Source: Magallana gigas
Lineage: Eukaryota
NCBI RefSeq assembly: GCF_963853765.1
Contig: NC_088854.1
Location: forward strand, 28,768,001-28,832,000
DNA: 64,000 nucleotides
Direction of reading: 5' to 3'
Part shown: piece by piece, positions 13,021-26,586 of the stretch
Numbering within the stretch: the stretch's first letter is position 1
How the letters are laid out: every line of letters starts with the position of its first letter
Notes under the pieces: generated by a model
What the model saw: the letters and a program-made list of their open reading frames with translations, nothing else
The model's database searches: none
Told to the model about the DNA's origin: nothing
Made by a program: the position numbers and the translations under genes

Positions 13021-16000
13021 GACTACAATGAAATAATTGGTATTGGAATTTTGTTTAAAAAAATAAAAAATAAATAAATAATATTCCACATAAAGCATTT
13101 CTTTTACTTTACACTGATGGAGCAGAACAAAACAATTTCACGGCATTTTAACTTGACAGTTGTGAGTTTTAAATTTGAAAAATATAAAAGTTTCAAAGTA
13201 TAAACTAGTTTATTTGAGCACTGTTATCATATTTAATTACATATAACTAAAATGATCTTATTTGGTAAAACAATGTTTTTTAAAAAATTAATTTTATTAA
13301 TGTTATGAACAACTTGTTAAGAAATAAACAGGAAGAAAGGACTATGTGTGGTATGGTCAAATATATGCCCCCAATTTTAACCAATTTTTAAATAGTGTTG
13401 TATAAAAATCAAATCTTTATCAACCATTGTACAGTGGATGCCTATCACTTTAATCTTGATATATTTTCATATATTTTCATTTTTGCTTTATATTTTGCAT
13501 TCGGAAGTATAGAGCGCAGGTCTGCTCAAGTAAGATTTTAACATGTTTTTCTTCAGATAATTATACACTGTATACTAAAAAATGGTACTTGAGCAAGCCT
13601 GCATGCGCTCGATGTTTCCCAGTCAAAAAACCATCGGAAAACACCCATATTTCGCTACAAAACATCAAGTTATCAAAATTAAGCAATCTTCTTGACGTCG
13701 TTTCTACATTATAACGAAACGACATTATGACATCACTAAAGTGATAACCTTTTGCACCCTTATTTTCAATATGATTATAACTACCTTTGACCTTATATTT
13801 TTAAAGCAATTTATAAAACTTTAATTTTGGGGGCAAAAAATGCATAAAACCGCACAGAGTCTCCGCACATGGAACAGTAGTACATGTACTGACACAACAT
13901 ACACATACAGTGTGTGAAGGACATTGAGTGAGTGTTGTGTTGATTTTTTAACAGTATATAATGCAAAAAGCTTTATCAGATAAACAGTCATCGCAAACTG
14001 TAGTTTACCAACTGTGAACGAACTATTTGGATTTAAATTTAAACCCAGTCTCTAGCATAGCAGACAGATTTAAACCAGCTTCCCTTAGGGCTTAATTTGA
14101 AAGAGACTGTTGTTTGTGGGGTTTTTTTGGTATTCCATAGTTCTCAATGCAAAAAAACCAAGGCCTGACTGTGGCTTTTGTTACTGTATATTGAAAAAAA
14201 AAAAATGTAGTAAGGTTTTATATTTTTATAAAGTAAATTTAAGCTGTTGAAAAATCAATTGACAATTTAGCTAGCATATATGAGTTTGAAGAGGTGCCAG
14301 GAAAAAAATTATTCATAAATGAAGAATCATTCTGGAAGTTTTATACCTATCACATAGAAAATTTATTATCATGATTATGATACACAGTATAATTGTGAAC
14401 TTAAGTGTATCTAAGCCTATGCATTTCATTCAGATTTTTGCAAACATTTTCATTTTGGGAATTAGGATCTGCTGTTGCTCAGTTACAAGATGAACATGGA
14501 ATAAAATCCAGGTCTTCTCGTAACTCACCTAAATCTTCTGGCCACAGGCACTTGTCTGCTGCAAAAGACCAGGTATGTGTTTAGTCGATAATATTTGCCA
14601 ATAGGTTACTGTCAATACCTAATTAAGTGTTAGAAATTAATATCCATGTAACATTGTGAGAATTTTAAACTCTTTTATTGATATTTTAACAGTGTAAACT
14701 ACATGAAATTACAGCAAAAGTTTGATGCTTATTTATATAATTTTATTTTCTGGAGATTTGATACAAAATGGCAGAATCATGAAATTAAGTACAAGTTTGC
14801 CTGAGTATCAAATGTTGCTTCTTGAAAAGGCCTTTTCTGACCCTGTGCTATTTTTCAGTTGAGTAAAATGTGATAACAAGCAATTTAATTCATTTTCTTG
14901 TAAGGATTTAAAATTTATAGGAAGTTCATTTTAGAATCTGAACAAAATCCCAGTATTTTAATAATCTTTACAAGTTAGATGATGTGGTTGTTTCTTAGAA
15001 TTATTATTAATTTAATTTGCTTTTTACCCCCAGAAGTTTCAAATTCTCACTGCTTCTATCATTATGAAAAAAATGTGGTCTCCATAAAAAAAAAAAGAAT
15101 ACTTTTTTCAAAATCTAAGATTCTTTGATTGACACTCATATATGAGTCTTTAAAATATTACTTTTTTTACTTACTTTTTTCCAATAGAAAAACCAGATTT
15201 TGATTTTCTGTTAAGCATAGTTTCTTTGTAGGAAAATAATCTATATAAATTTACTTATCAATGTCAAAACCAAACAATTCCATTTGACATAAGGTGAAGG
15301 AGTCTATTTAAAAATCTTAGGTACCCCATAGTTTTCATATGTTAACTATTTACATATTTGTGTACCTAATTACTTAGCTATAAAGCACTGGATGTAAAAA
15401 TTGAACTTCAAGAATAAGTTGTTTGAACACATTTTTTTCAAACAATTCCTTGTGCAATTTTGAATAATTATTGATTAAAACAGTTGATGCTATATATTTG
15501 TTTTGAAACAAAAAAGAAAAACTTTTGGTCATTTTTTTAGCTAAACAAAGTACCAGAGATAGTCCAAGTAAGTCACTTGATCATATCTCACTTGTAGATG
15601 TGTACTATATAGTCTACTCTACCAAGAGACCCCCTGATCCTTTCAACTTGATTATTCTTCCTCAGATTATTCAAGATGATTGCCATGTAGACCAAAATTC
15701 TAATTTTATTTTATTGCTCAAAATACTATATTTTGGGATTTTTAAGAGAAAAAAAATTAAATTTAGGTATGCATCGTACATGTATACAAACAGACAATAG
15801 GGCATGCAGTTACACAGCAGGTGCATATTTAATGTTTGCTTAGAATGTCAGAGAAAATGACATATCACTTGAATTTTATCCTGTATACTTGTCAAATGGT
15901 ACATTTATTAGCTAGAAGAACACACCATTTAAGGAATTAGAAAAACATTCGAATAAGAGAAGTATTGTATTAACAATTAAACGATTCATAGAGTAAAATA

Positions 16001-19000
16001 TTTGGATTTGAAAAATGCAAGTGTTCTCTGGCATGTACATGTATTACGGGATATGTTGTATGGTAGATGCATGCTTTGATATGTGTAGGTGCTTGTAAAC
16101 CCCAGAGCTTTTCGAGTGTATTCTCAGCTATGACTTGATATATTCTTTGTTGGAAATGGACTTACCTTTGTATAAGGAAGTGACTTTTATATAACCATCA
16201 TATACTATAGCTATTGGGGAAACTTTTTAAAGAGTCATTTATTATTTCCCTTCATGCTATGTCATATTGACTATGCAGAAAAGATAATGACAATTAGACT
16301 GCCAAAATGCTTCTCTAAGAATAGTTAACATTTTATCTCTTATTATGATCTTGCATGTGACATGTGCGGGCTAATATTGGATTTGCTTGTTTGATTATCA
16401 TCTAAATTTAAAACAAAACTTAAATACGTTGGAAATTCTTTATTGAATATCTTAACGTTTAAAAGTTACTTTGGAAATTACAATTGAACAGGATATTTTA
16501 TTTTAAAGATTATAATATTATGATTACAGATTATTATACATGACAAACTTTTTTGTGCAAAAACTGATCAGAAACATAGTTTTATTTGAAACGGGAAAAT
16601 AAATTGGATAAAAGCGTAAATGTGCATGGTAAGAATCACATGTAATAGAAACAAATGTGATTCGTTATCACCAGTGATAAGACAGTTCTGCAACATTTCC
16701 AGACTCTCTTGTCTGTAGCAAAGCACAATTGCAGCACCACCTCAATTTAGAATGTCACAGTAGGGAAGTGAAGTCTTGTAATGCACTTCATCATGCACAC
16801 ACTGTTTTATAGTGGGCTAGTCAGCCAAAAATGAAAGCAGTTGCACACTGATCTGCTGATAATCACAATTATTGATAATTGTGTTGTTTTATGATTTTCC
16901 GTTAAAATTCTTTGTTGGAATAGAGCACTCTTAACATTTGTTTTATATTCAATTTTGCTGTAACTCTGCCTTCCATATTTGTTTCAATTACTGCCAACAG
17001 TTGTAAAAAAGGGACTCTGGTGTATAGAACTGGGATCAATTTAATCAATTAACGTACCCTTTAAAGTACTTAAAATTTGGATTTCTTGATTTATTAAAAA
17101 GATAAATTTGGTGCAATATGAACGAAAGGAAAAAGAAATAATGTAACTTTGGCAGTCAACTGAATGAATGTGTTTGAAATTTTAGGTTTTAGACACCTAA
17201 TATGGTTTAGGCTGGCAGATATTTTGAGTGTTTGCATGTTAATGATTTTGATAAAGGCAAATACAATACATGTAATGTCATGTATAGAAGAAGATGCTTT
17301 TTATGTTGTTGTTTTTAAAATTAAAATATGTCAATTTCAATTAATTTGAAATTTTTTTATATGTGAACATGTTTTCCACCATTAATTGCTACATGCACCT
17401 GTATTTACTTTTTAAAGTTTTTGTTTTGCCCCCTTTTTCATTTCAAACTTAATTTGACCCATTTATTTTTAAATTTAACTTGCTTTAGGTTTACCATTGT
17501 CCTTTAACTTTACCTGACATTTTTTCATTCAAAGGTTGAGCTCACTGGCCATGGAGATGATGATATGGTTCTCATCTACAACCGTGTACCCAAAACAGGA
17601 AGCACCTCCTTTGCTGGGATTGCCTATGACCTTTGTAAGGTCAACCACTTCAATGTTATTCATGTCAACACCTCCAAAAATGCTCATGTTATGTCCTTAT
17701 CTGACCAGGTGAGCACACAATTGGTGGTGGGGAGAGGGGGGTTACTTTATTTTCTTAGCTTCCCACAGGAGTTGCTTTGTCTGATAGTGTTTATGTATGC
17801 ATGAGCACGAATGGATGCATGCAGATAGGAGGTCTTAACTATGGTACTAGATTTATGAGAAAGGAAGTTTAGCCAAATTTATTGAGTGCAAATATCATTC
17901 CAATCAATGTATGTTTTTTTCCCTCTTGCACTGCATGCATGTTCTGGTTAAATCAATTGTGTGGAAAAGTAATGTTATCATGAAATGAAACAAAAGTAAA
18001 AAAAAAGAAATTCAATTTCCCCGATATTTGTATCAAATGAGACTGACAAATAATGGTCAACCCTGTCTGCCTGTAAGTCTGTTCTTTCTTTTCTGTCTTG
18101 TCATCTTTGGTGTCAGGGCTTGTCATTTAATGTTTTTGTTCTTTATAAGTGGGAAAAGACTGATAAAGAGATCTCCCTTGCTTGCTGTGAGGTATTAGGT
18201 TTTTTGTGTTTCTATGAGCCACTGTACATGAAAGTGTAGTCCTGATGTCTCATCTCAGTGTTACAATGACATTGGAATTGCATGTTAGCCCCTGAGTGGT
18301 TTGGATAAGTTCTTGCTTTAGGATACAGGGAGTTTTGTTTGTAGAGGGAGCTAGATGTCATTTATAATACCAGTATTTATGACAGAATATGAAATACTGT
18401 CAGTTATGTTTTTATTACGGGTATACAAATACCAGTTTTAAATAATTCTGTTGTTATGAGGGTTGGTATTTTTTGTTTGTGCATGGATTGTGTTGGTTTT
18501 ATTTGCTTAGTGCATATATTGACTTTCACTCAAAAGTGAATCTGACAATTAATGCCCAGGACAGGTTACCACGCTAGCTAGGATTTGGATCCTATTTTAG
18601 ATTTAATAGTTATATAGAAATGAATAATCCTACTATGTAGTCCTTAATGTGATTAAGGGTACTTGGGATATTTACCTGGGTGAATAAAATGTGAGGAATT
18701 CAGTGAGAGCCTAAAACAATTTTCTCTTATCTTAACATTACACAAGATGATGTCTTATAAACTGACATTATTCCAATATGATTAGAATGAAATAACTTGC
18801 AACTGAAGGTTTGGGGGGTTTTTTTTATATGAAGAGTAGAAATTTGGCATTATCTATCAATAAGTTTATAGAGGGTCAATAAGATAAGAGTGGAGAGGGG
18901 AGGTTATATCATTTTATTCCAACTTTTTTTTTATCTTGTTTTCACCAAAACTTACAGAGTGATGAATAAGAGGCCTCTGTTTGTTGTCAAACTGTTTACT

Positions 19001-22000
19001 TTATCTGATGAAAAAGCTGAATGGAAATAAATCGCTTTGAATGTGTGCAAACAGACAAAAATACAACAAATTTTCTGTTTCAGAGAGCATGTTGAACTAT
19101 TTGCTGATTATGGGATGAATCGCATTCAGAAACATTTTCCCTTCTTTTTTTTTTCCTTCTTTGCTTTTATGATAGATTCACTAAGTAGTCATTGATTAAC
19201 ATTTCATTTTCTACAGATCTATGGAAATGACAAGTAAACCACAATAGTGAAATATGGTGCAAAATTTTCATTGATAATTTGAGACCATTTAAATAGCTCC
19301 CAGTTGAAAAATTTGTATGCGGTAGTGTGGAAGGAATTTGTTTTAGCCACCTGATGTGCATTAGCAATAACTTAATTCTGCATTGTTTTCTCTGCAAGAG
19401 ACAAACGCTCCAGGGATTTAGACAGGTAGAACGCTGGCTGCATAGAATAAACAGTGGCAGATGAAGAAATTCTCTATTAGCGTTGTTTACCAAGCTAAAT
19501 TGACTGGTCTAATTAGATAGCCAAAAATAATACAAACATCAGATGAAAAAGAAGGAAGGATGCTATATGATGAACATATCTCACCAAAAAAAAAAAGGAT
19601 GAGAAGTCTGCTTTCTTGACCGACTGCTGGTAAATTGGTTTTCTTGAAAGTTGGATATTGGAAAAAAAATTGTGAGCTTTTAACTCGTAATTTAGTCTGA
19701 TGGAAACCCTTGAACGAATATTTCGTTCATGTTTTCAGTATTTGTGGTAAATTTTGTCAGTGTTATCTTTTTTGTGTTTTCTGCCCTTACTGTTAAGTCT
19801 GACCAAGTGTTCTGATTTTCCAAAAGTGACCTGAGATTGACCCCTCTTGACCTCAATCCTAAAAAGCTGGTGACCCCCAGAGTTCATTTTAATTAGAAGG
19901 AGTTATAGACCATATGATGAGACTTGTTATTTTGTTTGCTGATGCGGTTTGTAAGGAGTTGGTTTATGGATGCCTGCTGATAGCAGGTTCATTCTGATAC
20001 CACAACTCTGCCTGACAGATAAACCCTAGACAGCTGCCACACATAACAAGTACTAGACATGTCCCAAACAAATAGTTCTTACATACTTTACAGTGTCGTC
20101 TGCTTTTTCAATCAAATGTTTGGCATTTTCCTTATGATGATGATCTGTGTTGACAACTTTCTTTTGATAGATGCTTCAATCAAATGTTTGACAGATTTAG
20201 AATTTTCTTCATTCTGCAAGTTGCAAACTTTTAAAAACCACGAAAATTGTCTTATTAATTGTCTAATATTATGACTGAATTATTCATACAGCATTGCTGT
20301 CATTTTTCATTGCAAAAATGTGTATTTCTGCCTTTAGTATTCACACCCAAAATAGTTTGTTATGAAATTAACTTATGTAGATAGTGCCCAAATTAAAGAA
20401 TTTACCTGACTTGCCAGCTTCAGTGATGAGATATAACATTCTTCAATCACTGACATGCCAACTCTGTGTATATACCCATGTAGGCTTCATCTTGATGAAC
20501 CATTCAGCACTGTGGGAGAATTTAGATTAACTTAATTAATGAAACCTAATGTGATGCTTTGTAAGGCACTGACTTTATTGCCTGATAAAACCTCCCTAAG
20601 GTTTTTAAAGGGGCACCTCTTCGTAGGGGGTGGTATTGAAAGCAGTTCTATACTGATGTTTTAGACTTGTGGAATATTTCTCCCCATCAAAGACATAAAC
20701 ATGGCCAGACTTCCAAACACAAATGTTCACTAGCAACAAGGAATGGAAGACCAGTTTTGTATAATCTAAACATGTTTTTATCCCTTTGTTGGTCTTGATA
20801 ATCTCTGTTCAGACATCGTGCTTGTAAAATCCCCTCGGCTTGAGTGGAATTTGCATATTCATCCTTGTTTGCAAAATCTGAAATGATTTCTCGGGGCATC
20901 TTGGCGATTAGGATGGCGTTTCTTGTTGATTATGATGTATGACATGTCGAAGTATTTTGGACTTTTCTCGCTTAACGAGAGCAAGCAACTATGAGCTTTG
21001 GCAAAAGAGAGATTGTAAATAGGAATGTATGTAAGTTTCCATCATCATCTATGATATGCCTCCTTTACTCACAGAGTCTTTCTTTAATTCATGTATGATA
21101 AGTTTTCTTTACTCACAGTCTTTCTTCAATTCCTTTTCTGTGATTGTTTCCCTAACTAAATCATTCTGTAATTTTGTGCTTATGTGGTTAATCAAATGCT
21201 CAGAGTTAATGCGATTAGTATTGAATCATCCTATAATATATGTACATGTATATGAATGGAATTGCAAAACAACACACAAAAATAATGGATGGTAGTATAT
21301 TTATTCATGTAGTTAGAAAACTTACTGAATAAAAAAAACAAACTGGTGGAAATTGATTGATGAAGGAAACAAAACATAAAAGATCTGCTAGACTGATCAT
21401 AATCAAATTAGTGCAAATAGTAAAAAAGTTTGGTTCATGTATATCTCTATAAATATATATTATATGCATGTCGGGCCAAAATAAAATCATTGTTAGTTTG
21501 GAATTGCCTCCCGCCTCATTGAAATGCTCCCCGCTGATAAGATTTTAGAAGCAAAAAATGAAGAACTTTTGTTTATTGGAGATTTTTAATTTTTACCAAT
21601 TTTAATCAGTTAAACTTCAAGTTTGAAAAATAAAAAAAAAAATAAAAAATCCCTCTCTCCCTTCTTGGTCTAGAAAGCCCATGCAGCAATTCCAAACAAA
21701 CATTTTTTATGGATGACATCATGTGTTTTTGATCAATGCAACATGCAGACCTATATGCATTTTACTACTGAATACCATTGCCTTAGATTGAGTCATTTTT
21801 GAGGCTTTCTCTGTCTTACTTAAAGGTCATCGCACCTCAGTTGGACCTTGCTGGAGTCATAAGCACAATGGAAAAAGATAGTCATATCATGCTCTGATAG
21901 TATTGTTAGTTAAAATCATTCTCTTTGGTTTTAGGGCATAATTATTTGGTCTTGATAAATTGATAAATATGTATTATAATAGGATGGTTTTATTTCTTGG

Positions 22001-25000
22001 TTCACATAAAGTTAGGAAAAAGAAACTGTATTACAGTATACTTTATGTTATTTATGGATTGGATGAGAAGTGAATTATTTAGGAATAAGGAATCATTCTT
22101 TGAGTAATTTGAGGTGATCAAATAAGGACAGGGTTGATCAAATACAATAAAGATATGATAGATTTATTATTTATATTCATATAATTTTTAGGAATTGTAT
22201 AATTAAATATTAAAATAGCCATTGATGAAATATATTGGACTATACATTACAAAATTGATTCTTAGTGTTATTACAGACAAAGGCATTGGGAAATGGAAAT
22301 ATTTGTGATAAGAGCAATATGTATTAAAATCAAATTGAATTATCAAATTCATGATTTTTCAGTATTATGTCTATCTGATGTTTTTAACACTCCTGATTTT
22401 CTGGATTCTCTGTTGCAGATGAAGTTTGTCCGCAATGTGACTGAATGGGTGGAAAAGAAGCCTGTCATATACCACGGACACACTGCATTCCTTGACTTCT
22501 CCAGGTACGTCTAAACAAACAAAGCCTTTACCTACACAATTACTGCGCTGGCAAGGTACATAAGGTAAATAGCTGGTGATGGATCGTGTTTCCTATTGAT
22601 ACAGCACTGCATGCATGTAGCAGACTATTTCAAGATATTGTTGTCCATTTGATGCTTGTTGGGCGGAGTGTACGTTCTTCATTGATGATAGCTTTGGAAT
22701 TATCGTTCTGTACATGTACTTCTTAATAATTGCTGTAGGAAAAGGTCAATGGAAAAAACCCACCCTTTTGATGATTAGTAAAATTACTCAAATACAAAAA
22801 ACTTGATTATAGAGTTACGATGATTTGAGGTTATAGGGTCATACAGTGGTTCACATGCAGTAATGTTAAAATTGCACAGATAGTGACAAACTACCAGTAG
22901 TAGAAATAATCAAGATTTATAGCAAAGGCAATCAAGAAACAACAGAGATTTGAGCAACCAATTAAAACTTGGTGACAAAGTTCACAAGTCTTCCACAAGA
23001 GCTGTCGGTGTCTGATACTTCATCTGCTTCATTTGTTGTGACATCTGCCATTTTATTCAGGGAATGATATCAGAGTGCATACTGTTTGGTTTTGTAGATA
23101 TACTGTACAAAGTACATTTACACATGATTAACATTATATGATAAAACATTATGAAGTACTTCAAATTGTGGCCTGATAAACTGTTTTTCATAAATTTCGC
23201 CCATTCATTTGATAACCAGGAAAAAATTTTGATAACTCCCAAAATGAAATGTTATATATCTGGAGGTTTTGAGCCAAATTGATCATGAATGTGAAAATAG
23301 GAAGTGTTAAAGTTTCTGATAATTATCCATCCAAGTCCTGTAGTTTTCCTTGTCCAGTTCAGAATGTCATGTTCAAAGCACAATTGTCAGGAAGTCAGAT
23401 AGATGTAAACATTGTTGGTAAGACACATTGATTGACAGGGTAAATGGAATTCAAGTTTTACCTGTAATCATCAGTAAACTATTCAGTTATGTATGTTCTC
23501 AAGCATTTTGGAGACATCTTATTTTTCGACATGTGAAATCTTAAAAGTCTATCTCTTTGATAAAAGATGTGTATACATTCTTCCTACCTGCTGTGTCCCT
23601 TTGATAAAAAATGTGTACACATTCTTCTTACCTGCAGAACTACACGCTATACCCTTACAGGCTTACCCAGTGACTCCCCCTACCCCCCAAGCCCCACCCC
23701 CTCCCCACCCCCAAATCCAGTGAATCCAGGTTGTGAGTGACTTCTGTGCAATATGTTTCTGTCATGCACATTGCATGCTGTAATCCACTTTTCATAACAA
23801 TGTGTAATTGTGAGTTGAAAATGTAAATAAGATAGTGTGAAGCATGCTCTCATTTGACTAAAGCTTTGGCAACAAATTATTTAACTTCTGGCAATAAGGG
23901 AAAAACAGAGTTAAATGCTGCAGTAAATCTATGCATTATGTCAAATGTTCTGCTATTTTGGGCAAAATTAAGGATGAAATTACGTTCTGCTATGTAATAT
24001 ATTGAATTGTACTATTACACAGTGAAATCAATTTGGCTCCAGTCATGAGTCCAGAATCTCCTCAGTAATGCTGGTTTATTATGGAGGTCTCTGTAATAGA
24101 GATTTGACGAAGGCCAAGAATGCACGGGATCCTAGCTTCAAATTACATCAGATTTTTCACGATCAGTTACTTATTGTGATTGCTACATGAAATCAATAGA
24201 CTGCAGGCTTTTGTTTGATGGGAAAATCATTGGAAGCTGACTATTTATAGTCCCTAAATCCTGTCACTTTTGAAATTCGCTAAAGATGAAAGTTAGCTAG
24301 AAAAATAGTTGCCCGATGATTTCCTGTTGGATCGACATTTTTTCCATTGTGGAATAATAGCCTTAATTCTGTTCATTAGCTTGGACACTTGTAGTAATTG
24401 GGAGAGGAATTTCTCGTTTGTAATGAAGCAAACAAACTGCTCTTGGTACATGATTATTCCATCAAAGTTTTTTGGCCTTTAGGGAATTTCTGTCTGCATG
24501 CATGAAAATTCCTGTCATTGGCATCACTTTTACCATTAAACAGTTTAAACTGTCAGTGCTAAAAGTCTTCTCAACAGATTTCAAGAAAAACAAGATTTCA
24601 GACAAGAACCATCATAGTTCTTCCCTGAGTATTTCAACTTTTGTGGCTAATGTACAATCATTAGTGTTCATCTGGAAAGAAATGTAGGCCTGTTGAGGAT
24701 TATTTCAACAGCAAAGAATTTGAAGTATTTAAGTAGCAGATATTTAATTGCGTTGCAATATTGAATACCTGTCTTTTGTTGTCAACTTACAATCTCCCAT
24801 AGGCGAGTGCAGGCCAAAGTAAATATTACATAAATTTATCTGCCTCATTTTTTGTTTGCACCTGTAATGAATTTAATCCTCAACAAACAGACAAACTGAC
24901 AGGTTGCTGTTGATTTTCCTGGTGTATCTTGTTTACCCACACTGCAAGTAGGCGGCTGAAGGGCATGAAGGCCAAGAGGCTTTTAAGCTATTTCGAAATC

Positions 25001-26529
25001 CTCAGGTTGTGCTGGCGTATGTGGCAACTGCTGCGAGGATAACAGATATGACAGAAAAATTGTGACAATGTTTCTATGTCATATTACAGGTGTTGACCAC
25101 TCAAAACCAGACTCCTATTGATTATGTTATGAAATTTGATTAGTTAATCAGGTTTGATGTTAAATCTTATGATTTCTCATTGTTAAAGACAATCATTTTT
25201 TACCTTTGGTGTAATGGCAATTTTAAAATGAAGTGACAAGTGTGATTGGTCAAAAATAAGACATAACTGAAATAACCCTGAATAATAAAAGTATGTATAG
25301 ATTTATTTCTGTATGTATCAATCCTCTTGAGGGTTATCATTCCTGCCAAAAAAATCATATTGCTTCAAATTTTTAGATAAGAAAGAATTCATTTTTTTTT
25401 CAACTATCTAACTAAGATTTATTTAACAACATTACTAGCAGTCCAAACAGTTGTGAAAAAGTTAGGTCAATGAGGTAGCTAGATCACGACTCAACTCTGC
25501 TGAGACAATGTAAACCAAGGTCCGATGTCCTTTGCTAAGTGAATGTATATTCATGTACTACATGTTACATTATGGAGGTCTAGCTTTTGCCATTTTCTCT
25601 GGCCTTGTCTGTGTAATATGTGCTGTGTATGTTATACGATATGGATAATAGAGAACAAGTCTAGTTTTTACATACAGTGTGGTGTTGTCCTAGTTGTTTT
25701 TAATCAGCACTCCTAAAATTATATGTTTATTTAGTGTTATTGAACCAATTGCTTGAATATTATGTCATGGCAGTTCATTAAGTTGGATTTTTCAGGCATA
25801 ATGTCTCGTTAGAAATGCATTTAGGATGGATATTCGGAAAGGGGGTTATTCAGTGAAAAGTAAACAAGTGGAAAGAAAAAAATATTACCTGAAAAGTGTG
25901 ATGATTTATTTTTAATTGATTTATCTCTCAGTTTGATCTTTAAAGATTATATCTTTGGCCCATCATCTGTTCTCATGCCTGTAAGAAAATGGAACTTTAA
26001 AAGCATTTAGCGATAAGCCTTAAAAATAACCATAGCATCAAATTTATGACATGCAAATATAATCTACCCCCTGATAAAACCTTGCTGCTCCAGCTAGAGT
26101 TGTAAATGACATTCTTCAAACCTGAAGTGTGTGTGTTTGCTTAGGCTCTCTCGTGCTTTATGATCTGCAGACAGACTCATCACAGTGATATATAGCAGCA
26201 GCACAAAACCGACAGCTTCATGTCTCCCCCTTCATAAAGCTCACAGTAGAGAATTAGTCCCTGTCTGTCTCCGTCTCTCTGTGGAATGAGCTGACACTGG
26301 TGGGTATCAGAGGAGATGGGTGGGCTCGTGTAGTGTAATTCTGTTTTATTGGACAGTTAATTGGCAGATTGGGGGTGCTCAGTCATTATATAGTTAATGT
26401 ATTAATCAACATAATGTGATTTTAGGAGGAATTTATAATACTGAATGCATAAAACAACTCTTTCTGTTTATACCATATATCTCAATTTTCTTCTTTTATT
26501 TGATTTAAGAATTAATTTATTAACAACTT

Positions 26530-26586
<57 letters not shown>

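Noticed and set aside
23638-23732. Plus-strand Pro-rich alternative HS2ST exon
   Set aside because: Candidate lengths of 82, 92 or 95 nt break the frame. The Pro richness is just the C-tract.
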